Positions 55,461 through 64,000 of a stretch of 64,000 nt of DNA are shown in pieces. Each line of letters starts with the position of its first letter. The stretch's first letter is position 1. The notes beneath the pieces were generated by a model, which was not told where the DNA came from, did not search any database, and was given only the letters and a program-made list of their open reading frames with translations. Both the position numbers and the translations under genes were made by a program. The stretch lies in assembly GCF_009914755.1 (NCBI RefSeq), contig NC_060931.1. One strand, written 5' to 3'. Source of the stretch: the human T2T-CHM13v2.0 reference genome, Homo sapiens.

Positions 55461-57726
55461 TGATATGGTTTGGCTATGCCCCCACCCAAATCTCAACTTG
55501 AATTGTCTCTCCCAGAATTCCCACATGTTGTGGGAGGGATCCAGGTGGAGGTAATTGAATCATGGGAGCAGCTCTTTCCCATGCTGTTCTCCTGATGGTG
55601 AATAAGTCTCCCAAGATCTGAGGGGTTTCCACTTTTGCTTCTTCCTCATTTTCTCTTGCCACTGCCATGTAAGAAGTGTCTTTCACCTCCCACCATGATT
55701 CTGAGGTCTCTCTAGCCATGTGGAAATGTAAATCCAATTAAACCTCTTTTTCTTCCCAGTCTTACATATGTCTTTGTCAGCAGCATGAAAATGGACTAGT
55801 ACAGTAAATTGGTACCAGTAGAGTGGGGAGTTGCTGAAAAGATACCCGAAAATGTGGAAGTGACTTTGGAACTGGGTAGTAGGCAGCAGTTGGAACAGTT
55901 TGGAGGGCTCAGAAGAAGACTGAAAAATGCGGGAAGTTTGGAACTTCCTAGAGACTTGTTGAATGGCTTTGACAAAAATGCTGATAGTGATATTAACAAT
56001 AAGGTCCAGGCTGAAGTGTTCTCAGATGGAGATGAGAAACTTTTTGGGAACTGGAGCAAAGATGACTCCTGTTATGTTTAGCAAAAAGACTGGTGGCATT
56101 TTGCTCCTGCCCTAGAGATTTGTGTAACTTTGAACTTAAGAGAGATGATTTAGTGTATCTGGTGGGAAAGGTTCCTAAACAGCCAAGCATTCAAGATGTG
56201 ACTTGGGTGTGTTAAAAGCATTTAGTTTTCAAAGGGAAACAGAGCAAAAAAGTTTGGAAAATTTGCAGTCTGACAATGTGATAGAAAAGAAAAACCCATT
56301 TTTTGGGGAGAAGTTCAAACTGGCTGCATAAATTTGCATAAGTAGCAAGGACCCTAATGTTAATCCCCAAGACCTTGGGGAAAATGGCTCCAGGCCATGT
56401 CAGAGACCTTCACAGCAGCCCCTCCCATCAGAAGTCCAGAGGCCCAGGAGGAAAAAGTGGTTTCATGGGCTGGGCTCAGGGTCCTTGTGCTGTGTGCAGC
56501 TTAGGAACCCTGTGTTCCAGCCACTCCAGCCATGGCTGAAAGGGGCCAATATACAGCTTGGGCTGTGGCTTCAGAAGGTGGAAGCCCCAAGCCTTCACAG
56601 CTTCCATGTGGTGTTGAGCCTGCAGGTGCACAGAAGTCAAGAATTGAGGTTTGGGAACCTCCTCCTAGATTTCAGAAGATGTATGGAAATGCCTGGATGC
56701 CCAGGCAGAAATTTGCCGAGGAGGCGGGGTCCTCATGGAGAACCTCTGCTAGGGCAGTGAGAAAGGGAAATGTGGGATTGGAGCCTTTACACAGAGTCCC
56801 TCCTGGGGCACTGCCTAGTGGAGCTGTGAGAAGAAGACCACCATCCTCCAGACCCCAGAATGGTAGATCCATCGACAGCTTGCACCATGCACCTGGAAAA
56901 GCCACAGACACTGAATGCCAGCCTGTGAAAGCAGCTGGGAGGGAGACTGTACCCTGCAAAGCCACAGGGGTGGAGCTGCCCAAGACCATAGGAACCCACC
57001 TTTTGCATCAGCATGACCTGGATATGAGACATGGAGTCGAAGTAGGTCATTTTGGAGCTTTAAAATTTGACTGCTGTGCTGGATTTTGGACTTGCATAGG
57101 TCCTGTAAGCCCTTGGTTTTAGCCAGCTTCTCCCATTTGGAATGCCTGTATTTACCCAATACCTGTACCTCCATTGTATATAGGAAGTAAATAGCTTGCT
57201 TTTGATTTTCCAGGCTCATAGGCAGAAGGGACTTGCCTTGTCTCAGATGTGACTTTGGACAGTGGATTTTTGGGTTAATGCTGAAATGAGTTGAGACTTT
57301 GGGGGACTGTTGGGAAGGCATGATGTGTTTTGAAATTTGAGGACATGAGATTTGGAGGGGACAGGGGTGGAATGGTATGGTTTGGCTGTGTCCCCACCTG
57401 AATCTCAAGTTGAATTGTATCTCCCAGAATTCCCATGTGTTGTGGGAGGGATTCAGGGGGAGGTAATTGAATCATGGGGGCCAGTCATTCCCATGCTATT
57501 CTCATGATAGTGAATAAGTCTCACAAGATCTGATGGGTTTATCAGGGGTTTCTACTTTTGCTTTTTCCTCATTTTTTTCTTGCTGCATCATGTAAGAAGT
57601 GCCTTTCACCTCCTGCCATGTTTCTGAGGCCTCCCCAGCCATGTGAAACTGTAAGTCCAATTAAACCTCTTTTTCTTCCCAGTCTCAGGTATGTCTTTGT
57701 CAGCAGTGTGAAAACAGAATAATATA
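55461..57726 (+). mobile_element. Full-length THE1A provirus: 5'LTR 55461-55803, internal, 3'LTR 57373-57726
   Basis: THE1A-type ctcccagaattccc and ttttgcttcttcctcatttt; perfect TSD ggtat/ggtat; 5'LTR lacks 11 nt (atgggtttatc) that the 3'LTR has. Confidence 0.95.
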
Positions 57727-58440
57727 GGTATATACCCAGCAGTGGGATTGCTACATCAACTAGTAGCTCTAGTTTTAGTTTTTTGAGGAACCTTCGAATT
57801 GTTCTCTATAGTGGTCGTACTAATTTACATTCCCACCAACTGTGTATGAGGATTCCTTTACCTCCACTTTCTTAACAGTATTTGTTATTGTCTTTTGGAT
57901 ATAAGCCATTTTAACTGGGGTGAGATGATATCTCATTGTAGTTTTTATTTGCATTTCTCTGATGATCTATGATGGTGAGCACCTTTTCATATGCCTATTT
58001 GCCACTTATATGTCTTTTTTGAGAAATGTCTATTCAAATTTTTGCCAATTTTTTTTATCAGATTATTAGATTTTTTTTCCAATAGAGTTGTTTGAGCTCC
58101 TTATATATTCTGGTTATTAGTCCTTTGTCAGATGGGAAGTTTGCAAATATTTTCTCCCATTCTGTGGGTTTTCTCTTCACTTTGTTTATTATTTTCTTTG
58201 CTCCGAAGAAACTCTTTAACTTGATGTGATCCTATTTGTCTTTTGCTTTGGTTGCCTGTGCTTGTGGGGTATTGATCACGATGCTTTTGCCCAGACCAAT
58301 GTCCTGGAGATTTTCCCCAATGTTTTCCTCTTGTAGTTTCATAGTTTGAGGTCTTAGATTTATGTCTTTGATCCATTTCGATTTGATTTTTGTATATGTT
58401 GAGATATAGTGTACTAGTTTCATTCTTCGCAAATGGATAT

Positions 58441-58815
58441 TGATATGGTTTGACTGTGTCCCCACCTAAATCTCATCTTGAATTGTAGTTCCTATAATCC
58501 CCATGTGCTATGGGTGGGGCCTGGTGGGAGGTAATTTAGTCATGGGGGGGTTACCCTCATGCTGTTCTTGTGATAGTGAGTGAGTTCTCATGAGATCTGA
58601 TGGTTTTATAAGGGGCTTTTTCCCCTTTTGCTCTGCACTTCTCCTTCCTGCCACCATGTGAAGAAGGATGTGTTTGCTTCCCTTTCTGCCATGGTTATAC
58701 GTTTCCTGAGGCCTCCCTAGCCATGTGAAACTGTGAGTCAATTAAACCTCTTTTCTTTATAAATTAACCAGTCTTGAGTATGTCTTTATTAGCAGTGTGA
58801 GCATGGACTTATACA
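58441..58815 (+). mobile_element. THE1C-like solo LTR
   Basis: tgatatggtttg...ggacttataca; TSD gatat/ggtat. Confidence 0.92.
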
Positions 58816-59184
58816 GGTATCCAGTTTTCCCAGCACCATTTATTGAAGAGTTAGTTACTTCCTAGACACAATGGGTAGTTGACATCCTTTTTGTATGTCT
58901 GCAAGTTGTTATGAGCTCAAATTTGATATTCACTAAAGATTTTTTCATCTTCAGGTAGAGCCATAAAATATCATATTCTGTCTTTGAGTTGCTCCAATGA
59001 ATATCAGAGCTCTAGCTATTGTTAAGACAATTTCATCTAGTAACAAATTCAGACTAATTTTGTCTTAAATTTGGAAACATTCTTTTTGTGCCATGAATCC
59101 TTCCATATTTAAGGCCAAATTCTTATTTTACACCTTTCCCTTTACCATTAAAAGGAAAGGTATACATTTTTGAAATTAAGCCAT

Positions 59185-59290
59185 TACCAAAAGGCTAAAA
59201 TTCAAAAGACTCACAATTATTGACAAGGATGTGGAGAATTGGGAAGGCTCATTCAATGCCCATCAAGACTAAAATATATAGATCCATGCA
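59185..59290 (+). mobile_element. L1ME-type ORF2-end fragment
   Basis: ggctaaaattcaaaagactcacaat...gacaaggatgtggagaa. Confidence 0.5.
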
Positions 59291-59296
59291 TGTTCC

Positions 59297-61570
<2,274 letters not shown>

Positions 61571-62777
61571 ACATATATACAACTTAAATAGTAATATGAA
61601 TTGTTTCAATTGCAAAATATTTTCCAGCTGCCATGTACAAATGTTGCAAATACTGCTGTAATTTGTGACTATCTCTAGAAACACAATTGTTTCCTGACAA
61701 TGAGATAACCCAAACAATTTTCCGAAACAAAATGAGAAGCAAGAAAATGGACACTTGGCACTATTAGAAAATATCGCATGCAAGAATTCATTTCATTCAT
61801 GCTTTTTGTGAGGAAGGATTTGACGTTAACAAATTTGTCTGTCCTCTTTCCTAAATGTTTCAACACTCAAATCTTCTCAACAATTCTAATCACCTGTGTT
61901 AGCAATAGTACAATTCTTAAACTTTTATGGCATTTAAACTCAGTTGTCTTTTGTTTTGAAGATACACGGTGAAGTGATAAGGAGAGTAATTTTCCTCAGA
62001 GTTGAACAGTGTTTGCCATGAGAGCAGAGTTATAGGCTTTTCTGAATCAGCCTGAGTCCTGTCCTGGAACCTGAGTGACTAAGAATTACAGATAATAACT
62101 GTCCAATTTTCACTCTAGTAAAAGAAGAATTTATACCCAATAATTTAAATAGCAGCTAAAATCCAATTATAAAAAGTTTCATGGTAATATCCAGAAACTT
62201 TCTTTATATGTAAGTTTTATTGTACTGTAGATTATCTTGAGCTTGCTTAAGAGAAATGGTCTGCAATCTAGGGCTATCAGTATTTAGGAAACAAAACTAA
62301 AAACCTAGGTAAAGTACCAAAGAGCATACAGAATTGAAGTTGCCACATAGGTGTTGCTCAAAATGTTTTATATTTGTTTACATTTGAAACTGCAATTTTT
62401 GTATAGTAGCACTTCTAATTTTGGTCTATGTTGAGTTAGCTCACTGTTCTGCAATGTTGAGGCAAGCAGATAATGATCCCAGAGTTTGAAGAATATAAAA
62501 GACAAACACAAAAACAAATTATCTACAGCATCCATAAGTGCTGCATTCTTAGCCCTTTTAAAAGTACAATCCATGGGATCATTTTTCAAATGGATTAGAA
62601 CTTTCAATAGGTAAAAATTACTAAATTGTTTGCAAAATTATTTTTTTCAAGATTATGCTGATATTTATCTATAAGGAAATGTGCCAAAGATTAGAGATCA
62701 GACTGCAGTTGGTGAAAATGTTTCTCATCAAAATTATTTAAAGATCTTCTGGCATAAATATGGTCTGATATTCTTAC

Positions 62778-62919
62778 TGGTGGGGCAGAGATCAGACTAC
62801 ACTTGTGAAAGCAATCCTTCCTGAGTGATGAAGAGCTGATAGAATTGGTCAGAGTTTCGTTACTCTGCTGGGAAAGTTTGTTTTGACAGTGTTGATGGAC
62901 ACCATGGATTGTAGGTTTC
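62778..62919 (-). other. Candidate 142-nt exon (minus strand)
   Basis: Minus-strand acceptor ctcattttatcctttag|G and donor CCA|GTAAGA. Confidence 0.25.
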
Positions 62920-63839
62920 CTAAAGGATAAAATGAGCCTGGGCTTGATTTTTAGCAAGCAGATTGAAAAAACCCACTGTGCTGCAGTCTCCACTTTCAAA
63001 TTTGATTAGCTGTGGGATAATTACTATTTCAACTTCTTACAGTATTAACAGTTATCAGTTTCTATTTTGAGAGGGTTTTTCTGTCAAAATAATACTTCAA
63101 ACACCGGGAAATTTAGATAGAATGACTGTATCTACTTGGCTATTAAATACAAAAATAACCTTAATGTTATTTAAAATTGCCTCATCACAGTTTCCTGGTT
63201 GACAAAGTGTGTATTAAAATAATAGTGCCTTCCCTATAGGTTTGTATGTGAATCAGGCAAGTCAGAATTGTGCCATACACCTAGCACACACTCAATAAAT
63301 AATATTGTTTATTAAATTATTCAATTGTAAATAGTTTTGGACTTTTCAAGCAATGCTGTGTAATTTTTTTCTTTGTATAATATCCTTTTAAAATTTTGGA
63401 GGGGGCGTTTATGAGTTTTTTGGCATACAAAAACTGATTCACAGAAAATAGTCTCAGATATGAAGGAGGGCAGGATGATTAGACTAGATGGGATGAGATA
63501 TGATATCCTGATTAGTAGGAAACCAAAAAATGGTTAGTTCTGTTTGAAAATTCATTTGTATGGCTGATTGGCATGTAGACATAAAAAAATGGTCATGAAC
63601 TGACTTGTTCACTTTTCAACTAATTTAAGGATTATAAAAACTTAATGACCACATGCTGTTAAAATTCCATTTAGAAATTAGCAATTGATTATGTGGCACA
63701 TTGCAATTCTTAAGCTCTCTTCATTAGTAGAGAGTGTAATCTAATCACATTTGCAGAGCTAAAACTATGCCTTTGGATAGATAGATAGTCTGGAACCAGG
63801 AGACTTGGTCCTCCCTGATTGTCAGGGTAAAATACTTAC

Positions 63840-63956
63840 CTCTATTCAGCGTCTCGTAAAGGCCTTTCTTCTGTGATCTCAGAAACTCAGCTAGGCCAAG
63901 GTGTTAATGGCTTAATTATGCTTACCAGGACTGTTTTCATTTGAAAGGAAAAAAGC
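63840..63956 (-). other. Candidate exon (minus strand; 117 nt, or 51 nt from an alternative acceptor at 63890)
   Basis: Consensus donor GAG|GTAAGT; acceptors tgttgtgtttatag|G and accttggcctag|C. Confidence 0.25.
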
Positions 63957-64000
63957 CTATAAACACAACAGTGATTGAATAAATAGCAGCTTAGGAAGAA

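Larger units (their letters stand above)
54796..58850 (-). mobile_element. 5'-truncated L1MA1/2-type element carrying two THE1 insertions
   Basis: ggggtacatgagatgttttgatacaggcatgcaatg 3' end; ORF2 remnant KIKSKWIKDINLRPQTMKL; L1 sequence is continuous across both THE1 TSDs. Confidence 0.9.

Noticed and set aside
62691-62999. 102-aa minus-strand ORF in unique DNA, and a + strand LSDEELIELV peptide reminiscent of pogo/Tigger C-termini
   Set aside because: Non-ATG start, no recognisable domain, and the motif is too short with no supporting transposon context

Overview
AT-rich, CpG-poor primate genomic DNA (human or another ape, judged from AluY, an L1PA2/3-type copy and THE1/MER41 LTRs). More than half of it is recognisable interspersed repeat: L1s of several ages, eight Alu/FLAM copies, three THE1 (ERVL-MaLR) proviruses, two solo THE1 LTRs, a dense run of ERV1 solo LTRs, MLT1/MLT2, L2, L3/CR1, MIR and MER5/MER94. 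I recognise no host protein-coding gene, RNA gene or CpG island, and nearly every long ORF in the track is an L1, THE1-internal or Alu remnant, so this looks like intergenic DNA or a large intron. I found no convincing new biological system. The most informative signals: (1) a 39-bp exact copy of host flank inserted inside the adjacent THE1 element, with microhomology at both junctions; (2) an ungapped 96-bp, 81%-identical direct repeat 3.46 kb apart that I cannot assign to a family; (3) a chain of well-formed candidate + strand exons, mostly non-coding, downstream of THE1 LTRs that keep DUX4 motifs and a splice donor; (4) a young L1 with no target-site duplication (TSD); (5) a PRDM9 hotspot core in a THE1C LTR. 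Subfamily names come from recalled consensus sequences and need RepeatMasker/Dfam confirmation. Boundaries of old repeats are approximate.
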